64,000 nt of DNA from Oscillospiraceae bacterium (GCA_031547945.1 JAVBRN010000002.1:15736-79735), one strand, 5' to 3'; counted from the first letter of the stretch, positions 38,017-47,950 are shown. Numbers and translations are program-made. Notes: generated from the sequence alone by a model not told the origin.

Positions 38017-38544
38017 ATGAAGCAGATACTTGCTCTCGCGGCTACCATGATGTTGCTGTTTGTGTTTGTGCAGTCCAACCAATCTGCCGGGTTTTCCGCA
38101 AATACAGTTCGGTCAGGTATAAAAGCGCAAGATGATACAGCGACAATTTTTCTGCTGCCAAACGGCGCGGCAAGATATGAAACCGGCACCGGATGCCAAG
38201 CTCGAAAAATGACGGCTACTTCCGAATCCGACCTGTTTTCTGAGGACAATCTTAACGAAGAGAGACAGTATCGGGAACAGCAGAGAACTGAGCGGGACAA
38301 ACGACTAAAAGATGCGTTTGATAATTATGGTGGAGCGACAGAGGATCGCAGTGATGCGTTACAGAACAGAGTCGCCGAGCTTTTTGCAACGCCTTCGACG
38401 TATTACGGAAATAGCCGTGTTGCGGAACAAGCGAACACGACTGCAACCGTGTTATTGGTCGTCCTATTCTTAACGCTTGCGGCGGCGAGTTACCTTGTGA
38501 CGCTGTCTGTCCGTAAGGCAATGCAGAAGAGGCAGGAAAAGTGA
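38017..38544 (+). CDS. EssA-like T7SSb membrane protein (tentative)
   Basis: ORF 37987..38544; start MKQILALAATMMLLFVFV at 38017 after AAAAAGGAAAC. It has an N-terminal signal/TM segment and a C-terminal TM segment (VLLVVLFLTLAAASYLVTL) followed by a basic tail. It sits directly before esaB-essB-essC, as essA does in Staphylococcus. The call rests on position and topology only. Confidence 0.4.
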   Translation: MKQILALAATMMLLFVFVQSNQSAGFSANTVRSGIKAQDDTATIFLLPNGAARYETGTGCQARKMTATSESDLFSEDNLNEERQYREQQRTERDKRLKDAFDNYGGATEDRSDALQNRVAELFATPSTYYGNSRVAEQANTTATVLLVVLFLTLAAASYLVTLSVRKAMQKRQEK

Positions 38545-38771
38545 TGTACATCACAGTGACAATCACGACAACGGAACAGCAATACCACATTCAAATTGAC
38601 AACAAACAGCGTGTTGCTGCAGGCATTGAAATTTTGGCAGCCACCGGGAAGACGACCGCGAAGCCAGTGGACTATTACCGATCGAAAATGCAAAAACGTA
38701 TTGTCAGTGCCTATAATACTTTTGAGCAAGAACACATCCAAAGCGGCGATGAGCTTACATTGCTGGTTTAA
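38544..38771 (+). CDS. esaB: EsaB/YukD-like ubiquitin-fold T7SS protein
   Basis: 75 aa. The pattern YITVTI...IQID...I...GDELTLLV resembles YukD/EsaB. The start overlaps the upstream stop (GTGATG). Confidence 0.65.
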   Translation: MYITVTITTTEQQYHIQIDNKQRVAAGIEILAATGKTTAKPVDYYRSKMQKRIVSAYNTFEQEHIQSGDELTLLV

Positions 38772-38785
38772 AACCACAAAGGGAA

Positions 38786-40000
38786 TTGGCAGTGGGAAAA
38801 CAAATTGAAAGAACGTATTTGAATGGCGAATCAAGGCTAAAACCAGATCAACGCCATTTTTTAACCTATCCAAATGCACATCTTGTGCCGTGTGCACTCA
38901 AACAGGGCAAGGATGGATTCACACTGACGTTTGATACCGAAGGGCTCGTTCCCTTCACGATGATGCGTGAAGTAGAAGAGGCTACGGAGATTTATCGCGC
39001 CTTGGCGAATATCGCGGCGTTTCAATCTTTACAACAGGAATATGCGTTTATCCTTTCGCCGGACAACTTGATGATAGACATCAATCTTGTGCCCAGGATT
39101 TTAGAACGGGACGCAGAGGATGGGCCGCAGCCCTTCGTAGAAATGTATAAAGCGCTCATTGGGACAACAGTTCTGCCGACATATACCTATCAGGATTTTC
39201 TAAACGGCGGCGAAGACTTCTATGGGAAAAACCAGTTCTTAGCGTCGATTCGTGATTTAAAGACAGTGGAAGAAATTGAAACCACATTGTTGGACAAATA
39301 TTTTGCGTGTAGGGAACGCGACCAGAAAAAACTCGTGCGCGTCCGCAAAAGCACGCTGAAATTCAGCCGAATTTTTATGCCGATCCTGGCGCTTTTAACC
39401 GTGCTGGCGCTTGTCGCGGCTGGCTGGCTATTTTTTTATCGCTTTCCGTTCGATGAGGCTGTAACGGCTGCGTATGCTTTTTATGAACAATATGATTATT
39501 ATAACGTACAAAAGCAATTGGCGCCCTATACATTGGAACAAATTCCATATGATGTCAAATATATTCTGGCGCGATCTTACATTTACACAGATGCCATATT
39601 AGAACAGCAATATCGGGAAAATGTGTTGGAAACAATCGATACAAATACCGATGAACGGCAGCTTAATTACTGGATTGAGGTCGGCCGCGAACAGTATCGC
39701 AATGCCATCGATTATGCGGAACAGCTGCAAGATGACCCATTGCTGCTGTACGCTCTGGTACTTTACCGAGATTGGACGGAAAAGGATACCGAGCTATCTG
39801 GCGCCGACAAAACAGCCTTGCTCACGGAATTAGATGCGCGCATCAAGCAAATGGATGAGGCGAAGAAGGCGCGGGAGAAAGCCGAGGAAGAGGCAAAGCA
39901 ACAAGAAGAACAGCAGACACAGAACGACGAAGAAGAGCAAGAACAGAACGACGAAGAAGACTCAAATAGCTCTGAAAACGCAGAAAGTAATTCGCAATAA
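38786..40000 (+). CDS. essB: T7SSb membrane component EssB/YukC-like
   Basis: 404 aa. An N-terminal ~200-aa pseudokinase-like region, a single central TM segment (IFMPILALLTVLALVAAGWLFFY), an extracytoplasmic domain and an acidic low-complexity tail. Confidence 0.7.
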   Translation: MAVGKQIERTYLNGESRLKPDQRHFLTYPNAHLVPCALKQGKDGFTLTFDTEGLVPFTMMREVEEATEIYRALANIAAFQSLQQEYAFILSPDNLMIDINLVPRILERDAEDGPQPFVEMYKALIGTTVLPTYTYQDFLNGGEDFYGKNQFLASIRDLKTVEEIETTLLDKYFACRERDQKKLVRVRKSTLKFSRIFMPILALLTVLALVAAGWLFFYRFPFDEAVTAAYAFYEQYDYYNVQKQLAPYTLEQIPYDVKYILARSYIYTDAILEQQYRENVLETIDTNTDERQLNYWIEVGREQYRNAIDYAEQLQDDPLLLYALVLYRDWTEKDTELSGADKTALLTELDARIKQMDEAKKAREKAEEEAKQQEEQQTQNDEEEQEQNDEEDSNSSENAESNSQ

Positions 40001-40027
40001 GGGTAACCATCAGCGCGGTATAGAATA

Positions 40028-43000
40028 ATGTTTGCAACAGAACAAAAGACGGCCCCGGTTAATACGGGGAAGCCAACAGCATATAAAATTCTCCTGTTTC
40101 GAGGAAACCGGTATGTCGAGACGCAAGTGGTTGATGCAATGCGGCTTGGCACAGGCGCGCGTGTTTTTTTGCAGGACAACACGGTAAAGCTCAATGACGA
40201 GACATGGAAACTATACAATTACATGAAATTGCCGTCGGGCGACAAAGCCATGTTGTTGCCGACCGAGGGGAAAATCTTTTCTATTCTCAACCGGCCTGTC
40301 ATCCGGATTGGGAAAGACCGGGCCGACGATATCTTTTTGAAATACTCCAAAGCTTCCCTTGTTCTGTGTGATGCTGTTTTGACGATTTACGAGGGGACGG
40401 TTTATTTAGATGGCGTATTGCGGGAACCTGGCCGCTATTTGCTGCAGCCGGGCGACACCATTTTTCTGGACAGCACCGAGATTTGTTTTGGGGGCGATTT
40501 TGTCACCTGCATTGGCGGTGTGTATCAATGCCTTTTGAATGAGTACTTTTCCAAACGGCAGCTGGCAGAGGATTTCCCAAACTACGCGCGTTCGCCGCGC
40601 ATTATCAAGCGGGAGCCGACGGCAACGGTAGAACTAAAAGATCCGCCAAAAAAAGAGGCGCCCAAAAAGGGCGCGTTGGTTCGGTTGATTCTTCCGCCGC
40701 TCGTCATGATGTCGTTGACCATAGGCGTCAGTTTGATGATGGGGCGCGGTATTTATATGATTGTGATGGCCGCCGGAACATTGGTTTCGACGGTTGTATC
40801 GGTCACGAACTATTTTCAGGATAAAAAAGACCGCAAACAAAAAGAGACCGAGAGCGCGACCTCTTATCAAGAATATCTGCTGCGGCAGCGCAAGATGCTT
40901 CACCGGTTTCGCAGCCAGTTTATCGACGCGAAAACGTACCACAACCCATCTGTACAAGAGATTGCGGAGTTGGTGGACCGATATTCCAACCGCATTTATG
41001 AGCGTCGGTCGAGCGACGCGGACTTTTTGCAGATCTCCTTGGGATCGGCCGACTGTGAACCGTCCTACAAAGTGCAATGTAAATTAGACGATTTTGAAGC
41101 CAACAAAGATCCGCTTTATCTGGAAATGCTGGATGTATACAAATCGTTTACGATGATTCGGGATATACCAAAAGTAATCGATCTGAAAAATGCACATCTA
41201 GGGATTGTCGGAGAATCAAGTTTCATACATACGCAATTAAAAGCACTTCTTGCGCAGCTTGCTTTTATGCACAGCTATCGCGATATCGAAATTGTGCTGT
41301 TGACCGATCCGCAGTCGCGCGAAGAATTTGAATGGGTGCGCTGGTATCCGCATTGCCGCATCGCAAGCATTAACGTCTCCGGTCTGATCAGCAGTGAGAA
41401 CCAGCGCGACCAGGTATTGGGCAATATTTCCCAAATGCTCAAACAGCGCAAACAATATTTGGACGAATCAAAACGGGACGCGCGCTTTACACCGCACTAT
41501 GTTTTTGTCATCGACAACCCTAATTTGGTGTTGAGCCACAGCATTATGGAGTTCCTGCAGGAAGAAGATACAGAACTTGGGTTCAGTATCATCTATACTA
41601 CACATCTGTTGTCCAACCTGCCGGAAAATATCAAAACGATTTTGATGCTTGATACCAAGGACAAAGGCACCCTGCTGTTGGACGAAGGACTCCTTGTCGA
41701 CCAGCCAATTCAATTGCATAACATAGAAAATGTTGATTTGGAGGCGATGTCGCGCGCGTTGGCGCCCCTGATTCACAATCAGGGAGTCACAACGCAAATT
41801 CCGGAGAGCATCTCTTTCTTTGAACTGTACAATGTCAAGCATCCAACCGAACTGCCGATCGAGCGTCTGTGGGCGAGCAACGCTTCCCACAAGTCATTGG
41901 CGGTGCCGCTCGGCGTGCGCGGCAAAGATGACATCGTCTATCTGAATTTGCATGAAAAATCTCACGGGCCGCACGGCTTGGTTGCCGGCACAACCGGCTC
42001 GGGAAAATCTGAGATTTTGCAGTCCTTTATTCTGTCGCTCGCGGTCAATTTTCATCCGCATGAGGTCGGATTTCTGCTGATTGACTACAAAGGCGGCGGC
42101 ATGGCAAACCTGTTTAAAGATCTGCCGCATCTGCTTGGCACGATCACCAACCTGGATGGCAGCGAGAGCATGCGCGCGCTCGCCTCTATCAAAAGCGAGC
42201 TGGCGCGCCGACAGCGTATTTTTAACGAGCACGACGTGAACGCAATCAACCAGTATACAAAACTGTTTAAAGAGGGCAAAGCAAAAGAGCCGCTGCCGCA
42301 CCTGTTTTTGATTTCTGATGAGTTTGCCGAACTGAAAAAAGAACAACCGGAGTTTATGCGCGAGCTGGTCAGCGCCGCGCGCATTGGCCGAAGCCTCGGG
42401 GTACACTTGATTTTGGCGACGCAAAAACCGTCCGGTGTTGTAGATGACCAAATCTGGAGCAACTCCAAGTTTAAGCTGGCACTGAAAGTGCAAAATGAGT
42501 CGGACAGCCGCGAGGTTATCAAAACACCTGATGCCGCGCGTATCATCCAACCGGGGCGCGCGTATCTGCAGGTGGGCAATAACGAGATATATGAATTGTT
42601 CCAGTCTGCCTGGAGCGGCGCAGCCTATAGCAAGGAGCATGAGGACCGCGCGTTTGACAGCCGCGTCTACCTGGTCAACGACCTGGGGCAGGGCGTGCTG
42701 CTCAATGACGATCTGAGCGATATGGCAAGCGCGGAGGACACGGGCGTGACGCAGCTGGATGCAACGGTTGCGGAGATACAGAAAGTGTATTTGCGCAAAC
42801 GCGCGGTAGCGGTGGCAAAGCCATGGCTGCCGCCGCTGGAGGAGCAGATTGTCTCTCCGCACATCGACGCGGTGCGCGCGGGCGACGTCGGCCAGCTGCG
42901 CAAACAAGACATGACCGTGCAGCTTGGCAGGGTGGATTTGCCGGAAAGCCAGTCGCAAATAGAATATGTCCATGATTTCTTTAAGGACGGGAACCTGGCG

Positions 43001-44425
43001 ATCTTTGGTGCGTCCGGATTTGGCAAGTCGACCACCGCTATGACGATTGCGCTCTCGCTTGCAATGAAAAACGCGCCGGATCTGCTGCAATTTTATATTA
43101 TGGATTTTGGCAATGCCTCGCTGATTCCGTTAAAAGGCTTGCCGCAAACGGCGGATTACCTAAGTTTTGATGACACGGACAAGCATGACAAACTGTATAA
43201 GCTGCTTCTGAGTGAGGTTGCCACACGCAAAAAGTTGTTTGCACGTGAAAACGCAATCAACTTTAACATGTATAATACCGTTGCAAAGCAAAAACTGCCG
43301 GTGATTTTGCTTGTTATCGACAACTACGACGTCATCAAAGAGCTTGGTTATGAAACAGAGGAAGTTCTCACAAAGATTACGCGCGACGGCGTCGGTCTTG
43401 GTATCTATACGGTGATTGCGGCGACGCGCCAGTCGGCTGTGCGCTATGCTGTGCTCAACAACTTTAAGGATAAGATTGTACATTTCATGCATGAATCCAG
43501 CGATATTTACGCGCTTGTCGGCCGCAGCGATTATACGCTGCCGGAAATTCGCGGGCGCGCTATGGTTCGCATGGAGGATGTCAGTTTGATGCAGGTCTAT
43601 CTGCCGCTTGCATTTACCGACGAGATGCAATATACCGCCGGGCTGCGCAACACGATTGATGCCATTGCGCGCAACTGTTCGGTCAGCGGCGCCAACGGAA
43701 TTCCGGTGTTGCCGGATATCCTGACCATTCCCGATTTGCTGCGCGCCGCAGGGCCGGACAAGCGCAAGCGAATTGTACTTGGCCTGGATACCGAGTCGGT
43801 GCGGCCGCAGTTCTTTGACAGTTCCGCGCAGGTACAACTGATTGTGGGAACTGCGCAGACCGGCAAGAGCAATCTGCTGAAGCTTATTTTGGGACAGCTG
43901 GCTGGTGAGACCGTATTCATCGCCGACTCCAAAACCTGCGATTTGCAGAATGCGGCGGAGCGGCCGAACACGGTCTATATGAGCAACGCTGCCCAGGCCA
44001 GTGTTTTTGTTGCGCGTTTGAAACAGGTGATTGAAGAACGTAAAGCGTTGTTGGAGCAGCAGGGCGGCCGGCGGCGGCCCAAAGACTTTTATGCTGCATT
44101 GCCGCGCGTTTCTATCTTAATTGACGACGCGGACTATTTTGTGGAATGCTGTGCCGGTTGTGCGAAAGAAATGGAAGCGCTATTGCCCGAGGCGCTTGTG
44201 GTTGGGGTATATATCTATTCCACGACTGCGCCAAGCAAGATGCGCGGATACGACCCGGTGACCAAGCTCTTGAAGGATACCACGCACGGGGTTCTCTTGG
44301 GGAATCCAAGTGACCAGTCGATCTTTATTGTACCGTCCATACGTGGCTATAAACCGCAAGTGGATATGGGCATGATCGCACGCATGGGCCAGCAGGTCAT
44401 GATCAAAATTCCGCAGGTGGAATAG
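40028..44425 (+). CDS. essC: type VII secretion FtsK/SpoIIIE-family ATPase EssC
   Basis: 1465 aa. N-terminal FHA-like region, two TM segments (LILPPLVMMSLTIGVSLMM...), then three P-loop domains. Long near-identical blocks to staphylococcal EssC are present (LVAGTTGSGKSEILQSFILSLAVNFHPHEV, IDYKGGGMANLFKDLPHL, LFLISDEFAELK, ARIGRSLGVHLILATQKPSGVVDDQIWSNSKFKLALKV). Confidence 0.95.
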   Translation: MFATEQKTAPVNTGKPTAYKILLFRGNRYVETQVVDAMRLGTGARVFLQDNTVKLNDETWKLYNYMKLPSGDKAMLLPTEGKIFSILNRPVIRIGKDRADDIFLKYSKASLVLCDAVLTIYEGTVYLDGVLREPGRYLLQPGDTIFLDSTEICFGGDFVTCIGGVYQCLLNEYFSKRQLAEDFPNYARSPRIIKREPTATVELKDPPKKEAPKKGALVRLILPPLVMMSLTIGVSLMMGRGIYMIVMAAGTLVSTVVSVTNYFQDKKDRKQKETESATSYQEYLLRQRKMLHRFRSQFIDAKTYHNPSVQEIAELVDRYSNRIYERRSSDADFLQISLGSADCEPSYKVQCKLDDFEANKDPLYLEMLDVYKSFTMIRDIPKVIDLKNAHLGIVGESSFIHTQLKALLAQLAFMHSYRDIEIVLLTDPQSREEFEWVRWYPHCRIASINVSGLISSENQRDQVLGNISQMLKQRKQYLDESKRDARFTPHYVFVIDNPNLVLSHSIMEFLQEEDTELGFSIIYTTHLLSNLPENIKTILMLDTKDKGTLLLDEGLLVDQPIQLHNIENVDLEAMSRALAPLIHNQGVTTQIPESISFFELYNVKHPTELPIERLWASNASHKSLAVPLGVRGKDDIVYLNLHEKSHGPHGLVAGTTGSGKSEILQSFILSLAVNFHPHEVGFLLIDYKGGGMANLFKDLPHLLGTITNLDGSESMRALASIKSELARRQRIFNEHDVNAINQYTKLFKEGKAKEPLPHLFLISDEFAELKKEQPEFMRELVSAARIGRSLGVHLILATQKPSGVVDDQIWSNSKFKLALKVQNESDSREVIKTPDAARIIQPGRAYLQVGNNEIYELFQSAWSGAAYSKEHEDRAFDSRVYLVNDLGQGVLLNDDLSDMASAEDTGVTQLDATVAEIQKVYLRKRAVAVAKPWLPPLEEQIVSPHIDAVRAGDVGQLRKQDMTVQLGRVDLPESQSQIEYVHDFFKDGNLAIFGASGFGKSTTAMTIALSLAMKNAPDLLQFYIMDFGNASLIPLKGLPQTADYLSFDDTDKHDKLYKLLLSEVATRKKLFARENAINFNMYNTVAKQKLPVILLVIDNYDVIKELGYETEEVLTKITRDGVGLGIYTVIAATRQSAVRYAVLNNFKDKIVHFMHESSDIYALVGRSDYTLPEIRGRAMVRMEDVSLMQVYLPLAFTDEMQYTAGLRNTIDAIARNCSVSGANGIPVLPDILTIPDLLRAAGPDKRKRIVLGLDTESVRPQFFDSSAQVQLIVGTAQTGKSNLLKLILGQLAGETVFIADSKTCDLQNAAERPNTVYMSNAAQASVFVARLKQVIEERKALLEQQGGRRRPKDFYAALPRVSILIDDADYFVECCAGCAKEMEALLPEALVVGVYIYSTTAPSKMRGYDPVTKLLKDTTHGVLLGNPSDQSIFIVPSIRGYKPQVDMGMIARMGQQVMIKIPQVE

Positions 44426-44456
44426 CCGCAGCGACAACATAGGAATCCGATTCAAA

Positions 44457-44493
44457 CCGAAGAAGACCGCGGCAGCGCTGCGGTCTTCTTCAG
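44457..44493 (+). terminator. hairpin after essC (weak terminator)
   Basis: GAAGAAGACCGC ggcagcgc TGCGGTCTTCTTC with no clean U-tract. It abuts repeat copy R6. Confidence 0.45.
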
Positions 44494-44787
44494 CTGTTCA
44501 AAAAATCCGGGTAGCGAAAAAGGTGCGCCAAAATAGCCGACGGCCGAAAGATGCCACCCCTGCCGCCCAATCAATTGGGGCTTGGCCCCAAACTCCATAA
44601 AAGAAAAAAGGCCGTTGGGTGCAGGCAACTGCCGAAACTACGCTCGTTTTCGCTCGCTGCCTTGTCATGTTACCTCCGGCGTGTGGGGCGAAGCCCCCTG
44701 CGTTAATCGTGTGGCTGGGGCGGGATTGCCAAGGCCGACGAGCGGAATGCCCTGGCAGTTTGACATTCCACGATTTTTCCACGGGGG
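44489..44787 (-). repeat. full copy of the palindromic intergenic element (copy R6)
   Basis: CAGCTGTTCAAAAAATCCGGG..CCAAAATAGCCGACGGCC..CCCCTGCCGCCCAATCAATTGGGGCTTGGCCCCAAACTCC..GGCCGTTGGGTGCAGG..CTACGCTCG..GCGTGTGGGGCGAAGCCCCCTGCGTTAA..GGGGCGGGATTGCC..GCCGACGAGCGGAA..GTTTGACATTCC. Confidence 0.75.
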
Positions 44788-44896
44788 TGTGCGGCGTAAC
44801 TTCTAAAAACGCTGGAGGCTGCGGCGGGAAACAGGATCGACAAACATAGTGTCGCAGATGCAGGTTGTTCTTGCTTAAGTGAGGCTTTCGCGCGGA

Positions 44897-44925
44897 AAAG
44901 GTTCACAGTAAAACTGTGAACCTTT
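44897..44925 (-). terminator. terminator after pyrI (bidirectional hairpin)
   Basis: AAAGGTTCACAG taaaa CTGTGAACCTTT, 16 nt beyond the pyrI stop. Confidence 0.7.
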
Positions 44926-44940
44926 GTTTCGCAACAAACG

Positions 44941-45354
44941 CTATTTTTTTGCTTCGCAATATGCGCAGCGGTATGCGTGGGTTTCTATATCTGTAAGATA
45001 AAAGATCTGGTCGATCGCGTGCTCTGTGCTCGTGATGCAGCGCGGATTGGAACAGGTGAGCACGTTGATCAGCCTTTTTGGCAGCGCAAGCTGTTTCTTT
45101 TCTACCAGATTGCCGTTTTGAATGATATTGACCGTAGCGCCGGGATCGATATAGCCCAGCACATCCAGATCGATATCAATCGTCTCATCAATTTTGATAA
45201 TGTCCTTGCGCCCCATCTTTTTGCTCTTGACGTTGCGGATCATCGCGACGGTACAATCGAGCTCGTCCAGATGCAGATATTTATAGATCTCCATGCCTTT
45301 TTTGGCGGTGATATGGTCGAGCACAATGCCGCTTTGGACGCTGTCGATATTCAT
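44941..45354 (-). CDS. pyrI: aspartate carbamoyltransferase regulatory subunit
   Basis: 137 aa. Zn-domain Cys pairs CSNPRC and CAYC. The start overlaps the pyrB stop (ATGA). Confidence 0.93.
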   Translation of the reverse strand: MNIDSVQSGIVLDHITAKKGMEIYKYLHLDELDCTVAMIRNVKSKKMGRKDIIKIDETIDIDLDVLGYIDPGATVNIIQNGNLVEKKQLALPKRLINVLTCSNPRCITSTEHAIDQIFYLTDIETHAYRCAYCEAKK

Positions 45355-46265
45355 AGCCGCACCTCCAGCAAGTTCAAAATGAGCGCCATGCGCACAAATT
45401 TGCCATACTGCACCTGCTTGAAGTAACAGGCGCGTGGGTCGTCATCAACAGATTTGTCAATTTCATTGACGCGCGGCAGCGGGTGCATGACACAAAGGTC
45501 TTGTTTTGCGTTTGCAAGCTTTTGCCGGTCTAAAATGTAGCTGTCTTTCAACCGAATATAGTCCGCTTCGTTGAAAAAACGTTCTTTTTGCACACGCGTC
45601 ATATAGAGGATATCAAGCTGCGGCATGACCGCGTCCATGCGGTCGGTTTCCAAAAAAGAAATGCCGCCGCGCGTCAGATTGGCGCGAATGTAGTCGGGAA
45701 TCTGCAATTCTTCGGGCGAGATCAATACAAACGAAGTTTCGGGATAGCGGGACATCGCGTTGATCAGCGAATGCACCGTACGGCCAAACATCAAGTCTCC
45801 GCACAGACCGACGGTCAGATGGTCGAGCCGGCCTTTTTCGCGCCGAATCGTCAGTAGGTCAGTCAATGTCTGGGTGGGGTGGTTATGGCCGCCGTCGCCT
45901 GCGTTGATAATCGGCACTGTGCTCACCTGCGCAGCGACATTTGGGGCGCCCTCTTTGGGATGGCGCATGGCGATGATATCCGCATAAGCGGAAACCACCC
46001 GAATGGTGTCGGATACGCTCTCACCTTTGGATGCCGAACTGGACGCCGCCTCGGAAAACCCAAGCACAGCGCCGCCAAGACCGAGCATCGCGGACTCAAA
46101 GCTCAAGCGCGTGCGGGTGCTGGGCTCAAAAAAAAGCGTGGCCAGCTGTTTGTGCCGGCAAGTTTCCTGATAGCGCTCCGGCTGTGCGATGATATCGTTC
46201 GCGGTCTCTAACATCTCGTCGATTTCTTCTACCGAAAGATCGGTACTGTCAATCAAATGGCGCAT
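45351..46265 (-). CDS. pyrB: aspartate carbamoyltransferase catalytic subunit
   Basis: 304 aa. Motifs [13 protein letters not shown] and HPLPR. Confidence 0.96.
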   Translation of the reverse strand: MRHLIDSTDLSVEEIDEMLETANDIIAQPERYQETCRHKQLATLFFEPSTRTRLSFESAMLGLGGAVLGFSEAASSSASKGESVSDTIRVVSAYADIIAMRHPKEGAPNVAAQVSTVPIINAGDGGHNHPTQTLTDLLTIRREKGRLDHLTVGLCGDLMFGRTVHSLINAMSRYPETSFVLISPEELQIPDYIRANLTRGGISFLETDRMDAVMPQLDILYMTRVQKERFFNEADYIRLKDSYILDRQKLANAKQDLCVMHPLPRVNEIDKSVDDDPRACYFKQVQYGKFVRMALILNLLEVRL

Positions 46266-46833
46266 AGAATCTCCTTTTTCCTGCTATGTAAGTGCAGAAG
46301 TTGTTGGCAGCGTCCTGCTTTTCCCCAAAACTGGCGCACGCTACCGCAAACTGCGCTGTGTTGCCGTGAGCGATACCAGTCTTATATTGGCCAAACCGAA
46401 CAACGGCTGCATGCATTTGACGGCGCATACGCTGCCGCACAACTGTTTTAACAGAATGTGAGGATAAATAAGCCGCGCGAACTGTTTTGCAAGAGACTGG
46501 GCTTCTTGATCACGATGTTTTCTTCGGGTCGTTACTGCGCGGAGCCATTGCGGGACAATCCGGGCAGGCGCGGATGCAATCAATAAACCAAAGAATGCGC
46601 GATTATACCCCTGTTCGCAACTGCCGATTCCCCTGAAAAGGTCTTGGGGGCAACCCCATTTTAAATTGGGGCTGGGGTGGAAAATAAGAACAGCTGCCAT
46701 TTAAGCACCGGTTACCCAGCCGCTGGTTTTTGTTGACTTTAGCTTCCGAAAAAGCGCGAACAATATTTTTTGATCGCGCCCGCTCGCATTGACATGTCCT
46801 CTGAACAGATACGGGCGGAATTGTGAAAAAAGA

Positions 46834-47469
46834 TTAAATAGCCTGCATCCAGCTCTCATCCGCAGGATTGGCGCGAAAGGCAAGCAGCCGCGCGCGGTCG
46901 TCGTCGGCGATATAACCGTCCGCGGCGGCAACGTCGACGAGTGTATCAAAATCGGTAAGACTGTGGCTCGCGACGTTGGCAGCCGCCATGCGGTCGAGAC
47001 CTTTTTGCATGCCGTAGGTAAAGATGCTCGCGATGCCAAGTACGTTTGCGCCAGCTTCGCGCAGTGCCTCGACAACCTCGATGACGCTGCCGCCGGTTGA
47101 AATCAAATCCTCGATGACGACGACATTCTGGCCCGGCTCCAGTTTTCCTTCGATGCGGTTTTCGCGGCCGTGATCTTTGGCGCCGCCGCGCACATATCCC
47201 ATTGGCAGACCAAGCAAATGCGCAGTGATCGCCGCGTGTGCGATACCGGCGGTACTTGTGCCCATCAAAACTTCGGCGCCGGGATAGCGCGTTTGTATCA
47301 GGGAAGCGAGCGCCTGCTCTACCTCTGTACGGACACTGGGTGCCGTGAGAATTAGGCGGTTGTCGCAATAGATCGGGCTTTTGATACCGCTTGCCCAGAT
47401 AAACGGATCATCCGGACGCAAAAATACAGCCTGGATAGACAGAAGGGCACGTGCAATCTCTTGTTTCAT
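46834..47469 (-). CDS. pyrE: orotate phosphoribosyltransferase
   Basis: 211 aa. PRPP-binding motif VVVIEDLISTGGS. Confidence 0.93.
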   Translation of the reverse strand: MKQEIARALLSIQAVFLRPDDPFIWASGIKSPIYCDNRLILTAPSVRTEVEQALASLIQTRYPGAEVLMGTSTAGIAHAAITAHLLGLPMGYVRGGAKDHGRENRIEGKLEPGQNVVVIEDLISTGGSVIEVVEALREAGANVLGIASIFTYGMQKGLDRMAAANVASHSLTDFDTLVDVAAADGYIADDDRARLLAFRANPADESWMQAI

Positions 47470-47513
47470 ATGAAGCCTCGTATTTGTTATTAGATAATTG
47501 GTATTAGATATTC

Positions 47514-47950
47514 GTTAAGAGCAGCTTGCGCAAAACTGCTTCAGCTTGGTGTCATTTGGCTGCCAGAAAAGGAAGGAAGAAGTAGAGGAACGTGCTTGGC
47601 ATAAACGGTTTTTCTAGCTACAGAATATCAGAAAACTAGTTAAGAGCAGTTTGGCGTAAATCTGCCTCTGTTTGGGCATCGTATGGCCGTTAGAAAAGAG
47701 GTGCCTTAACTAGCCGGAGCTTGCTTGATATTAAACTGGTTTTTTAGCTACAGAATATCAGAAAACTAGTTAAGAGCAGCTTGGCGTAAAATTGTTTCTG
47801 CTCGGGCATCGTAGGGCTGTCAGAAAAGAGCGAGCAGAAAAAGCGGGAGCTTGCCTGACATAAGCTGATTTTCAGGCTGTAGACTTTCAGCAAAATAGAT
47901 AGCAGCCAAAGGCAAACCTGTTTCTGGCAGGGCATCGTATGGCTGTTGAA
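47514..47950. repeat. tandem array of a ~130-bp unit (about 3.4 copies) in the pyrE-pyrF spacer
   Basis: Unit starts (GTTAAGAGCAG) at 47514, 47639 and 47769. The landmark GGGCATCGTA recurs at 47674, 47804 and 47930. TAGCTACAGAATATCAGAAAACTAGTTAAGAGCAG is identical at 47615 and 47745. The remaining parts have diverged. Confidence 0.9.

Noticed and set aside
41894-43090. Long antisense ORFs inside GC-rich genes: 41894..43090 (-), 9139..10020 (+), 15293..16219 (+), 54460..55371 (+), 28654..29487 (+), 1646..2491 (-), 12191..12871 (+), 35147..35845 (-), 61640..62317 (-)
   Set aside because: These are shadow ORFs opposite confidently identified genes. Their products are Arg/Ala/His-rich and carry no recognisable motifs.
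46640-46680. GGGGCAACCCCATTTTAAATTGGGGCTGGGG as a further copy of the multi-copy element
   Set aside because: Only the short ATTGGGGC/hairpin flavour is shared and the flanking blocks do not align. The similarity is too weak to call without statistics.
47514-47950. Possible CRISPR array (regularly spaced identical ~35-55-bp segments)
   Set aside because: The sequence between the conserved cores is also homologous from unit to unit, so this is a diverged tandem duplication with no unique spacers. The period of ~130 bp is far too long and no cas genes are present.
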